Of a DNA stretch of 64,000 bases, positions 50,948 through 60,428 are shown piece after piece (position 1 is the stretch's first letter; every line of letters starts with the position of its first letter). The position numbers were made by a program, and so were the translations under genes. The stretch is from the NCBI GenBank assembly GCA_015272155.1, contig JACYME010000077.1:2404-66403 (forward strand). Direction: 5' to 3'. The stretch is from Leptolyngbyaceae cyanobacterium T60_A2020_046 (GTDB lineage: Bacteria; Cyanobacteriota; Cyanobacteriia; Phormidesmidales; Phormidesmidaceae). The notes below the pieces were generated by a model. The model was not told the origin of the DNA, ran no database searches, and saw nothing but the letters and a program-made list of their open reading frames with translations.

Positions 50948-52996
50948 ATGAGTAATTCGGCTTCTGTTGTGGAGGAACTGCTGAGAGCGCTTCCTCAGCT
51001 GCGATCGCAAGTTTTCTTCAAAACCTCACTCACCGCCCTATCCCACGCGATGGAAGATCAGGTGCTGGCGGGACTGGGGGAAAATCCTTTGGTGATTGCG
51101 AGTTTTCAGCAGGAGCGGTTTTATCGCCAAGAGGCGAGCCGCTATCAGCGCATTTCAGAACTCACCAATCAGGTCTATGTCCTATCCGCAGCGGGGACAG
51201 GGTTTGAGAACGCCTCGAATCGCTACGAAACGATCGCCTTCGATGAGGCCGATGCCCTGACCCAGGAATGGCATCTGGTGGTGATCGACGAAACCTACCG
51301 GGCCTGCCTAATTTGTCGAGAGCGATCGCCCGTAGCGCCGGTCATGCGCACCTCGGGCGGGCTCGCCCACGAGCAAACCCGCCGTTTTGAAGGAATTTGG
51401 ACGCAGGATCCGGCGGTAAGCCAGCGGGCCGCACGGGTGTTGCTTGATCGCATTGTGCGCTATCGGCCCGAATTGCACGATAAAGTCGCGATCGCCAAAG
51501 CCCGCTTCCTGCGAGCCGAGGATGAGCCTATGTTGACCGAAGGCTCGGGGGCAGATCCCTTCACCCAGCGACTCGTAACCTACCTACAAGCCGGGCAATA
51601 CAAGCTGCTTAAAGCGTATAAGGCGATTAGTGCCCAGGAACGTCGGGAACGGTTGGTCAACTCCATCACCTCAGCGATTCGTCGATCGCTCAATCCCGAG
51701 GAAATCTTTCAGGGCGCAACCACAGAACTAGGGCAGGCGCTTCAGGCCTGTCGCTGTGTGATCTACCGGTGTCACCACGATGAGGCCAGCATCGAGATTC
51801 GCTACGAGCACCGCGAGGTGGAGGAGGTGGCGTCCTTGGTTGGCGAGGAGTGGCCGATTGCGCAGAGTGATTTAATGTCCCAAATTCGCCGCGATCGCGA
51901 AACCATTGCGATCGTAGATACCCAAGATCCTCCCAGTTCACTTCAGACCGCGATCGCCCCCCTGTCAGCCATCATCCAGCGCTGGCAGATTCGCGCCTGG
52001 CTCCTAGTGCCGTTGGTCTACCAACGGCGACTCCTCGGCATGATCGAGCTTCACCATTGTTCTGCCACCCCTTACCTATGGAGCGAGGACGATCGCGCCC
52101 TCGTCGAAGCCGTCGCCGCCCAGCTCAGCGTCGCCATCATCCAGGCCGACGCCTACGCCCACCTCCAAGACCTCAACCAACAGCTCGAAGCCCTAGAACG
52201 CACCCGCAGCAACCTCATCGCCATTACCGGCCACGAACTCCGCACCCCCCTGTCCACCATCCAGGTTTGCCTAGAAAGCCTCGCCACCGAGCCCGACATG
52301 CCGGAGGAGCTGCGGCAGACCATGCTGCAATCTGCCCTAGAGGACGCCGAGCGGATGCGCAAACTGGTGCAAGACTTCCTCACCCTCTCTCGTCTCGAAA
52401 GTGGTCGAATTGAGTGGACCCTAGAAGCACTCGCCATTGGCGAATGCATTGACCTTGCCCTAAGCAGCACCCAAGCCCGCTATACCAATCGCGATCAGTG
52501 CCCCACCATTGAGGTCGATCTACCCAGCTCACTGCCCATGGTGCGGGCCGATGGCGAGTGGTTGGTGGAGGTCATCGTCAAACTGCTCGACAACGCTTGT
52601 AAATTCACCGCGCCCTCGGGCACCATCACGATTCTCGCCAGAGCCTTAAACCCCGAAACCCTCCAAGTCACCATCGCGGATACAGGACGCGGCATCGAAC
52701 CCTATCGCTTAGAAGCCGTCTTTGATCGCTTCTACCAAGAGGAAGGAGCCCTGCGACGCTCGGCAGGGGGCACTGGGCTGGGTCTTGCCATGTGTCGGCA
52801 AATTATCGAAGGGCTAGGCGGCCATATTTGGGCCACCTCCGAGGGAAAGGAACGCGGTAGCCAGTTTCACTTCACCTTGCCCATTGCAGAACATCGTCCG
52901 ATGGTGCGATCGCGCCGAGAGAGCCCCCCCCGATCCAAGCCTGCGCGATCGGCCAAAACACCTTCCATAAAGACCAAAGGCCGCAGCAACGGCTAG
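50948..52996 (+). CDS. Soluble sensor histidine kinase (N-terminal DICT-like domain, GAF, HisKA, HATPase_c)
   Basis: H-box ITGHELRTPLSTI and G-boxes DTGRGI and GGTGLGLAMCRQI. A GAF-like region lies around CRCVIYRC...WLLVPLVYQRRLLGMIELH. The N-terminal region ALSHAMEDQVL...ASFQQERFYRQE resembles DICT. The start is set at the internal ATG (MSNSASV). Confidence 0.8.
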   Translation: MSNSASVVEELLRALPQLRSQVFFKTSLTALSHAMEDQVLAGLGENPLVIASFQQERFYRQEASRYQRISELTNQVYVLSAAGTGFENASNRYETIAFDEADALTQEWHLVVIDETYRACLICRERSPVAPVMRTSGGLAHEQTRRFEGIWTQDPAVSQRAARVLLDRIVRYRPELHDKVAIAKARFLRAEDEPMLTEGSGADPFTQRLVTYLQAGQYKLLKAYKAISAQERRERLVNSITSAIRRSLNPEEIFQGATTELGQALQACRCVIYRCHHDEASIEIRYEHREVEEVASLVGEEWPIAQSDLMSQIRRDRETIAIVDTQDPPSSLQTAIAPLSAIIQRWQIRAWLLVPLVYQRRLLGMIELHHCSATPYLWSEDDRALVEAVAAQLSVAIIQADAYAHLQDLNQQLEALERTRSNLIAITGHELRTPLSTIQVCLESLATEPDMPEELRQTMLQSALEDAERMRKLVQDFLTLSRLESGRIEWTLEALAIGECIDLALSSTQARYTNRDQCPTIEVDLPSSLPMVRADGEWLVEVIVKLLDNACKFTAPSGTITILARALNPETLQVTIADTGRGIEPYRLEAVFDRFYQEEGALRRSAGGTGLGLAMCRQIIEGLGGHIWATSEGKERGSQFHFTLPIAEHRPMVRSRRESPPRSKPARSAKTPSIKTKGRSNG

Positions 52997-53515
52997 CGCT
53001 AAACCCAGCCCAAACCCATCCCCCAATCCATCGGAGGTATCAAGCTGTTTACCTGACACATCTCTGGAAATCCTAGATTTTTCGTTGAGAGTCTATACGC
53101 AAAAGGACTTTAACCCAAGGCTTTCAGCCCTAGAGTTCGAGATTCCAGCTCCAGATGTGAAACAACTGAATATCAATGCTTTGAGGCACTTGTGTCAGGC
53201 AGTCAGGGTATCAAGTTGTCATCGTGTCGCATCTGTGAGCATTCTCCCATCAGGACTCAGCGGATCAGGCGGACGCTGGGGTCTCCCTCGCCTTCCGCTC
53301 AGAATTGTTTCTTTATCCTTTCCCATCTCCCATGCGGTTCTGCAAATAAGGTCACGATTGGTTTTTGCGCCTTTTTTGTCATCCTGTTTGGTGCGGTAAC
53401 CCTAGCAACGCTATTGGATCCAGAAGCGGATCAACGAGAAAAAACAGACATTTCTTTGGGGCTCTTGGTATTGGGTAGCCCACCCCTGGCCCTAGGAGGA
53501 TGACTCTGGCGCGAT

Positions 53516-53761
53516 TTGCATGTCAGCCATCGCCAGCGAGTATCCGCAGCACTGGAAACCCGCCACGAGGCGATCAAAACCGTGTTCTATCATCTTGTAG
53601 ACGCTAATCAAGGCCGAGTGACGGTGTTTCAACTGGCCCGCGAAGCGGATCTTCCAGCAGAGGAAGCCCAGCAGTTTTTGGACGATCGCGCCCGCGAGTT
53701 TGGCGCACAGTTCGATGTCGGGCAAAACAGTGAAGTGATCTACCTGTTTCCTGCGCCGTGA
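53516..53761 (+). CDS. Small hypothetical protein (possible winged-helix fold); possibly the 3' part of an interrupted gene
   Basis: 81-aa ORF with a TTG start. It is in the same frame as ORF 53192-53503, separated from it by a single TGA. Confidence 0.35.
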   Translation: MHVSHRQRVSAALETRHEAIKTVFYHLVDANQGRVTVFQLAREADLPAEEAQQFLDDRAREFGAQFDVGQNSEVIYLFPAP

Positions 53762-53847
53762 GTCCGGTAGCGGGGTGGTGGGCAGGACAAGCTCTTCCCC
53801 TGAACCTTGAGACCCGACATTACGGCGCAGGGAAGGGATGATGCAAC

Positions 53848-55356
53848 CTAGGACGTACCGCCCAATGCAAGGGCGATCGCATCCATCACCCGTCCCACAG
53901 GCACGACCTCTAGCGAGCTATCGACCCCTTGCCCTTTGGGCACGATCGCGCGTTTGAAACCTAACTTTGCCGCTTCCTTAAGCCGGAGATCAAGCTGGGA
54001 CACAGGACGCACCTGCCCGCCTAGGCCAACTTCCCCAATCAGGACAGTGTAGGGATCAACGACGCGGTCGCGAAAGCTGGCGGCCACCGCGATCGCGATC
54101 CCCAAATCCGCCGCCGGTTCACCCACATTCAGCCCGCCCGAGGACGCCACATAAGCATCCAGCTTAGACAACGGAATGCCGACTCGTTTTTCCAGGACGG
54201 CTAAGATTTGCAGCAGTCGATTAAACTCGATCCCCGTAGCGGAGCGGCGGGGCGAGCTGTAGCTGGTCGGGCTTACAAGGGATTGCAGCTCGACCACCAA
54301 GGGCCGGGTGCCCTCACAGGCGACGATGGTGGCGATCCCCGGTACAGCTTCATCGCGATTGCCCAAAAACAGCTCCGATGGGTTTTGCACCTCGCGGAGC
54401 CCTTGATCCACCATCTCGAAGACGCCCAGCTCGTGGGTTGCCCCAAAACGATTTTTCACCGATCGCAGCAGCCGATGACTGGCAAAGCGATCGCCTTCAA
54501 AATACAGCACCGTATCCACAAGGTGCTCCAAGACCTTAGGCCCCGCGATCGCGCCCTCCTTCGTCACATGGCCGACGATAAAGAGGGTGATATCTTCACG
54601 CTTTGCCAACTGCATCAACGCCGACGTACACTCCCGCACCTGAGATACTGAACCGGGGGCGGAGGTCAGTTCCCCGTAATACAGGGCTTGAATGCTGTCG
54701 ATCACCGCGATCGACGGATGCAGAGACTCCAACTCCATCAAAATCACGTCGAGGTCAATTTCTGGCAAAAGATACAACCCCCTCGCCCCCATCGCTCCAT
54801 TCCCAGCAATCTCGCCCGCTTCCGCATTCGACGGCGAGGGCGGGTCTTCCGTCTTCCGACGCTGCGATCGCGATGTCGGCGGTTCCGGCATGGCAGGCAC
54901 AATCCCCAATCGTTGCGATCGCAGCTTCACCTGCTGTCCCGATTCCTCTGCACACACGTAGAGCACCCGCGTATGGCCCGCCAAGTAGTTCGCCACTTGC
55001 AGCAGCAGCGTCGATTTCCCAATCCCCGGATCGCCCCCGACCAAAACGAGGGAACCAGGCACAATCCCCCCACCCAAGACGCGATCCAGTTCTCCATACC
55101 CCGAGGGGCGACGCGCCTGGGGACGATCCTCAAGCTGCGCCAGCGTGCGGGCTAGACGAGGCTGCGGTTGTTTATCCGGCGCAGATGATTTAGCGCGATC
55201 GCGACGGCTACGACTGCCCGCACTCGCCATCGCTGGCGGCGTTGCCACCTGCTCAACCAAGGTATTCCAACTGCCGCACACAGGGCATCGCCCAAAGTAT
55301 TGCGACGATTCCGCACCACAACCATTGCACACATAAACCGAACGCGACTTGGGCAT
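53848..55356 (-). CDS. radA: DNA repair protein RadA (Sms)
   Basis: Zinc ribbon YVCNGCGAESSQYFGRCPVCGSWNT, Walker A GGDPGIGKSTLLLQ, the KNRFG motif and a Lon-protease-like C-terminus. The start is set at the internal ATG (MPKSRSVY). Confidence 0.92.
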   Translation of the reverse strand: MPKSRSVYVCNGCGAESSQYFGRCPVCGSWNTLVEQVATPPAMASAGSRSRRDRAKSSAPDKQPQPRLARTLAQLEDRPQARRPSGYGELDRVLGGGIVPGSLVLVGGDPGIGKSTLLLQVANYLAGHTRVLYVCAEESGQQVKLRSQRLGIVPAMPEPPTSRSQRRKTEDPPSPSNAEAGEIAGNGAMGARGLYLLPEIDLDVILMELESLHPSIAVIDSIQALYYGELTSAPGSVSQVRECTSALMQLAKREDITLFIVGHVTKEGAIAGPKVLEHLVDTVLYFEGDRFASHRLLRSVKNRFGATHELGVFEMVDQGLREVQNPSELFLGNRDEAVPGIATIVACEGTRPLVVELQSLVSPTSYSSPRRSATGIEFNRLLQILAVLEKRVGIPLSKLDAYVASSGGLNVGEPAADLGIAIAVAASFRDRVVDPYTVLIGEVGLGGQVRPVSQLDLRLKEAAKLGFKRAIVPKGQGVDSSLEVVPVGRVMDAIALALGGTS

Positions 55357-55692
55357 TGCGCTTCCCCATCCTGCCTTGACCCAGGGTTGCTCGCGATCGC
55401 AATCGGATTTACCGCGATCGGGATCAATTCCTTTCAACCGAATCAAATTCGGTGAAAATGAGCAATTTCTGATTTAAAATTTAACCTTCCGACAGCCTTC
55501 ATTTGTCTTAACAAACTTTCGATCATCCGATAAACCTAAAAAAAACTGGAAGCCCCATCGGCCAACGTTCAGAAATCCTCGAAACTGAATACAATGACCT
55601 ACAATCTCTTAATATCGAACATTAAAAGTTAATCACAGTAGATTAAGTTTATTTTGTAGTGTGACGTGATCTCATAAGGAGAGGCACCCCCC

Positions 55693-56421
55693 TTGGATAG
55701 CACGAAAGAGAAGATTTTGGTTGTAGACGACGAAGCGAGTATTCGACGCATTCTTGAGACTCGCCTCTCCATGATTGGCTACGACGTTGTCACCGCCGCT
55801 GACGGAGAAGAAGCCCTAGAGACCTTTCGCTCAGCCCATCCAGATCTCGTCGTTCTAGACGTGATGATGCCCAAGCTCGACGGTTATGGGGTTTGCCAAG
55901 AACTCCGCAAAGAGTCCGACATTCCCATCATCATGCTGACGGCCCTCGGAGATGTTGCCGATCGCATCACCGGGCTTGAGCTAGGAGCCGATGACTACGT
56001 CGTCAAACCCTTCTCTCCCAAAGAGCTAGAAGCCCGCATTCGGTCTGTGCTGCGACGGGTGGATAAGAGTCACTCCACCAGCATCCCTAGCTCTGGGGTC
56101 ATCACCATCAACACCATCCGCATCGACACCAACAAGCGCCAAGTCTACAAGGGTGACGAGCGCATCCGGCTCACGGGCATGGAATTTAGCTTGCTTGAGC
56201 TGTTGGTTAGCCGCTCGGGCGAGCCCTTCTCTCGGGCCGAAATTCTCCAAGAGGTTTGGGGTTACACCCCTGAGCGTCACGTCGATACCCGCGTTGTGGA
56301 TGTTCACATTTCACGGCTGCGAGCCAAACTAGAGGAAGATCCCAGCAACCCAGAATTAATCCTCACTGCGCGGGGTACGGGCTACCTCTTTCAGCGGATC
56401 GTAGAACCGGGCGAAGAGTAG
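55693..56421 (+). CDS. rpaB: OmpR-family response regulator RpaB (Ycf27)
   Basis: KEKILVVDDEASIRRILETRLSMIGYDVVTAADGEEALETF...DVMMPKLDGYGVCQELRKESDIPIIMLTALGDVADRITGLELGADDYVVKPFSPKELEARI is near-identical to the RpaB proteins I know. TTG start preceded by AAGGAGAGG. Confidence 0.9.
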   Translation: MDSTKEKILVVDDEASIRRILETRLSMIGYDVVTAADGEEALETFRSAHPDLVVLDVMMPKLDGYGVCQELRKESDIPIIMLTALGDVADRITGLELGADDYVVKPFSPKELEARIRSVLRRVDKSHSTSIPSSGVITINTIRIDTNKRQVYKGDERIRLTGMEFSLLELLVSRSGEPFSRAEILQEVWGYTPERHVDTRVVDVHISRLRAKLEEDPSNPELILTARGTGYLFQRIVEPGEE

Positions 56422-56459
56422 TCTGCTAGAATCTTCTAAGTTTTCACAGAATTTAGTTC

Positions 56460-57494
56460 ATGGTAGCGACTCGGGCACGAATCGCCATAGATGCGATGGG
56501 TGGCGATCATGCGCCTGCCGAGATTGTGGCTGGTGCCATTAGAGCCAAGGCCGAACTTGATGTCGAGATTCTGCTGGTGGGCGACCCCGACCAGATTCGA
56601 GCCTCGACATCACAGATAGAGAATCTCGACCAGATTGAGATTGTGCCCGCTGAGGGAACAGTCGAAATGCACGAAGAGCCGCTGAGCGCCCTGCGTCGCA
56701 AGCCGAAAGCCTCGATCAACGTGTCGATGGATTTGGTGAAGCGCAAACGGGCCGATGCGGTGGTGTCTGCCGGGCACTCGGGAGCGGCGATGGCCGCAGC
56801 CCTACTGCGCCTAGGTCGTCTGAAAGGAATTGATCGCCCCGCAATCGGGGCCGTCTTTCCCACCGTGATGGCTGGCAAGTCTGTCCTCATCCTCGATGTT
56901 GGGGCAAATGTAGACTGTCGTCCGAAATTCTTAGAGCAGTTTGCCGTGATGGGTACCATTTATTCCCAATACGTCTTGGGGGTCGAATCACCCAAGGTTG
57001 GGTTGCTCAACATCGGCGAAGAGCCCAGCAAGGGTAATGAAGCTGCGATTCGGGCCCATCAACTGCTCGATGAGAACCCCATCGTTCCCTTTGTTGGGAA
57101 TGCTGAGGGACGAGATGTGCTCTCCGGTCATTTTGACGTTGTGGTGTGTGACGGCTTTGTCGGCAATGTTTTGCTGAAATTTGCAGAGGCCGTTGGAGAA
57201 TCCATCTTGCAGATTCTGCGAGAGGAGCTTCCCCAAGGGGTGCGCGGCAAGGTAGGCACTCTGGTTCTCAAAAACAACCTGCGGCGCATCAAGCAGCGAA
57301 TTGATCATGCTGAACACGGCGGAGCCCTGCTGCTTGGAGTTGCCGGAATTTCTGTGATCAGCCACGGAAGTTCTCAAGCGCCGTCCGTGTTTAATGCCAT
57401 TCGACTTGCAAAAGAAGCCGTGGATCACCAGGTGCTTGAGCGAATTCAGGCTCAGTATCAACGGGTTGCCATGCCCACGGCAGATGGAGATTAA
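56460..57494 (+). CDS. plsX: Phosphate acyltransferase PlsX
   Basis: IAIDAMGGDHAP, VSAGHSGA and DGFVGNVLLK. Confidence 0.92.
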   Translation: MVATRARIAIDAMGGDHAPAEIVAGAIRAKAELDVEILLVGDPDQIRASTSQIENLDQIEIVPAEGTVEMHEEPLSALRRKPKASINVSMDLVKRKRADAVVSAGHSGAAMAAALLRLGRLKGIDRPAIGAVFPTVMAGKSVLILDVGANVDCRPKFLEQFAVMGTIYSQYVLGVESPKVGLLNIGEEPSKGNEAAIRAHQLLDENPIVPFVGNAEGRDVLSGHFDVVVCDGFVGNVLLKFAEAVGESILQILREELPQGVRGKVGTLVLKNNLRRIKQRIDHAEHGGALLLGVAGISVISHGSSQAPSVFNAIRLAKEAVDHQVLERIQAQYQRVAMPTADGD

Positions 57495-57496
57495 GC

Positions 57497-58489
57497 GTGC
57501 AACAGATGCAGACAGGGGTTTCGCTTGTCGGAGTGGGTTCGGCAAAGCCGTCGATCACGCTGAGCAATGCTGAGCTAAGCCAGGTTGTGGAAACCTCAGA
57601 CGAGTGGATCACCACACGCACGGGGATTCAACAACGCCATGTGCTCCAAGAGGGCTCGTTGACGAGTCTGGCCACCACGGCAGCCCAGGAAGCGCTCAAT
57701 ATGGCCAGTACGGAGGCCGCCAGCGTTGAGCTGATCATTTTGGCGACCTCCACGCCGGATGATTTGTTTGGGAGTGCGACGCAGGTGCAAGCAGCGCTGG
57801 GGGCGACCCAAGCGGCAGCCTTTGATCTAACGGCAGCCTGTTCTGGATTTGTGTTTGCCTTGGCAACGGCGGCCCAGTATCTGCGCACTGGAACATTCAA
57901 AACGGTGTTGGTGATTGGGGCAGATGCGCTATCGCGCTGGACGGATTGGAGCGATCGCCGTACCTGTGTGTTGTTTGGGGATGGGGCGGGCGCAGTGGTA
58001 CTCAAGGCCAGCGATCGCGATCGCCTCCGAGGTTTTGAGCTCCGCAGCGATGGCTCCATGAACGCCTGCCTCAACCTGTCCTACGCCGCCGAGTCCCAGG
58101 AACTGATTCCTGGCAAAATGGTTCAAAAGGGCACTTTTCAACCCGTTACCATGAATGGCAAAGAGGTGTATCGCTTTGCCGTCAAGCGCGTTCCTGAAGT
58201 CATTGAAAAAGCGCTCTTTCGCGCCGGGCTGAGCACTGCTGATGTGGATTGGCTGCTGCTACACCAGGCTAACCAGCGCATTCTAGATGCCGTCGCTGAG
58301 CGCTTGAACATCCCCTCAGAACGGGTAATCAGCAACATGGCCCGTTATGGCAATACCTCTGCGGCCTCCATCCCCATCGCACTGGATGAAGCGGTGCGCG
58401 ATGGACGAGTCAAGGCTGGGGATTTAATCGCCTCTTCTGGGTTCGGAGCCGGGCTCACCTGGGGAGCCGCAATTTTTGAGTGGCTTTAG
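57497..58489 (+). CDS. fabH: 3-oxoacyl-ACP synthase III
   Basis: TSDEWITTRTGI, active-site AACSGF, HQANQRI and GNTSAASIPIAL. It follows plsX after a 2-nt gap. Confidence 0.92.
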   Translation: MQQMQTGVSLVGVGSAKPSITLSNAELSQVVETSDEWITTRTGIQQRHVLQEGSLTSLATTAAQEALNMASTEAASVELIILATSTPDDLFGSATQVQAALGATQAAAFDLTAACSGFVFALATAAQYLRTGTFKTVLVIGADALSRWTDWSDRRTCVLFGDGAGAVVLKASDRDRLRGFELRSDGSMNACLNLSYAAESQELIPGKMVQKGTFQPVTMNGKEVYRFAVKRVPEVIEKALFRAGLSTADVDWLLLHQANQRILDAVAERLNIPSERVISNMARYGNTSAASIPIALDEAVRDGRVKAGDLIASSGFGAGLTWGAAIFEWL

Positions 58490-59108
58490 GGACGCAACCG
58501 AGACACTTGCCCCATCCCACCAACCTGGGCAGAACCGTTGAATCACGGAAATCTATCACTCTAGGTACTCAGGAGCCTGTGGATGAATTTGGCACTGGGA
58601 ACAATTGGCAGGACAACCGCTCAACCTGCGCACGGTTGAGGGGCTAAGTGCTCTAGCGGATCCGCACCACGCTAGTCAATGCGCTGGGGGGCGGGCTTTG
58701 GGCTGAGGGACTGGAGGATGGCCCAGGATCCTCGGATCGCGATCGCAGAGAGCACAATCACCATCGCGACAGCCAACGTCATGTGAGGCGCTTGAAGGGC
58801 AAGCAATCCTACGCTCAGAACCACAAGGGCGAGTAAAGTTCTGTCCATAACGGCCTCCCGCATTGAGGGCTGACACTTTTATCCTAGGGAGCAGACATTA
58901 CCGATGGGCCAAAGTCTTAGAAATACTTGAAGTTGACCCCCGGCTGCGCAACACTTCGTTGCACAAAGTTTGTCCGCCAAAATCAAAGCAAGCGACCCGG
59001 AATCAACCCTCATTGAGAATTGACACATCGACGTTTTCCCCGAGACTAAACACAACCCGGATCAACGCATTTCGACAAAAATTTATCAAATCAAGGAGCG
59101 TGAGGAGC

Positions 59109-59242
59109 GGTTCCCCATCCAGTTCCTCTTCCTTGGCAAGGAGAGGTTAGGTGAGGTTTTACAGCCCTAACAACTGCCACAACCGCTCTCCGAAGCCCCT
59201 GACTGGAAAGCGATACAGCAACCTTTGTGTAAGGGATAGCCC
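59109..59242 (-). ncRNA. Conserved structured element, copy B (candidate ncRNA or repeat core)
   Basis: Its reverse complement aligns with 29724-29850. The helix atcgctttcc / ggagagcggt is fully paired. It ends in the hairpin cctctcctt-gcc-aaggaagagg. It lies about 200 nt downstream of the co-oriented hydrolase gene. Confidence 0.45.
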
Positions 59243-59448
59243 AATCGTAGGAGAGGGCCCTTGAAGAGACCGGTCTTGTTGTCCTGCTTCAGAGAATTGG
59301 GATTAACTCCGTGATCGCATCCAGCATCAGTATTCTTAATTGCTTTTAATACAGAATTATCGAGCTTCATACGGCCATGACGATTCACCTTCGCCCGCGA
59401 GATTGCTCCAGCGGAGCCGGAGTCTATGGATGCGCTGTAATCTCGGTG

Positions 59449-60378
59449 TTATATCAAGTCCGGTTGCTTAACCATAAATGGAATTCCTGGAACCTTTACA
59501 GAGTTGGCATCGTTATTGCGGGTGATTAGCAGGACTTCATATTGCTGCTGCGATCGCCCGTTGGCCGTCACCTGATCCTGAAACTCCAGCAGTGCGATGT
59601 GCAGGCGATCGCCCGCCACAGCGGCAAAGTCATTGTGATCTGCCTCTGGAATCCACAGAGACAGTTTTGGCGCAGCTGCCGCCTCATACAGGCGCTGACC
59701 GTGGGAAATAGGGATAGTCTGATCCGCTTGACCATGCATGACCAGCACAGGCACCGCAATTTCGTCCATGCGACGGCGATTGGGAAACTTGTCGAAGGGC
59801 AGCAGGGGAAATGGCACCACCACCCGAAACACCGAGGTAAAGGTGCTTTCCAAAATCACGCCGCCGACGGGGTGCCGGGCGGCGAGATAGGTCGCCGAAC
59901 CGCCCCCCACCGACCGACCGTAGACCAAAACCGTGTCCGGCGAGACCTGAAGCTGCGTCGTCAGATAGTGGTAGGCCGCTTCAACATCTTGATAGGCGTT
60001 GCGCTCGCTGGGGCGACCATCGCTCAGGCCATAGCCGCGATAGTCATAGGCAAAAACGCTGAATCCCCACTGATGCAGCGTCTCAAGAAACGGTCGAATA
60101 TCGCCCAAATCCTCTGGATTGCCGTGGATAAACAACACCGTGTACCGGGCGTCCTCGTTGGGCAAGTGCAGGGCCGCGATCGCGGCCTCCTTGGTAACGG
60201 GGATCCTCAACACCTCGTCGCTTTCGCCATAGCTAGCGGTGGGCGGCAAGAAAATCATGTGATCCGCTCGAAAGAACACGTAGGCAGCAAAAAAGCCATA
60301 GATCAGCAGCACCGAGCGCAACAGGCGAACCCAGGTGAAGTCGCCAATCAGCAAACGTTTGAGGGTTGTCTTATCCAC
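59449..60378 (-). CDS. Alpha/beta-fold hydrolase with N-terminal membrane anchor
   Basis: Nucleophile elbow GRSVGGG, HGNPED oxyanion region, and MHGQADQTIP...ADHND (catalytic Asp and His). Confidence 0.8.
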   Translation of the reverse strand: MDKTTLKRLLIGDFTWVRLLRSVLLIYGFFAAYVFFRADHMIFLPPTASYGESDEVLRIPVTKEAAIAALHLPNEDARYTVLFIHGNPEDLGDIRPFLETLHQWGFSVFAYDYRGYGLSDGRPSERNAYQDVEAAYHYLTTQLQVSPDTVLVYGRSVGGGSATYLAARHPVGGVILESTFTSVFRVVVPFPLLPFDKFPNRRRMDEIAVPVLVMHGQADQTIPISHGQRLYEAAAAPKLSLWIPEADHNDFAAVAGDRLHIALLEFQDQVTANGRSQQQYEVLLITRNNDANSVKVPGIPFMVKQPDLI

Positions 60379-60428
60379 GACGATCTAAACCTTCTGCGAT
60401 CGCGCCATTGCCCAGCAACATCTATGCT

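Noticed and set aside
53499-53606. 35-codon +1-frame ORF starting at the ATGA overlap after AGGAGG
   Set aside because: The SD-like AGGAGG abuts the ATG with no spacing, and the product (MTLARFACQPSPASIRS...) looks like an off-frame translation.
58672-58863. 63-aa - strand ORF with one or two hydrophobic helices
   Set aside because: It could be a small membrane protein, but it has no recognisable family, no clear ribosome-binding site and a competing overlapping frame. The support is too weak to call it a gene.
59167-59388. 73-aa - strand ORF overlapping element copy B
   Set aside because: The same reasoning applies: it is repeat-encoded and has no start context or recognisable domain.
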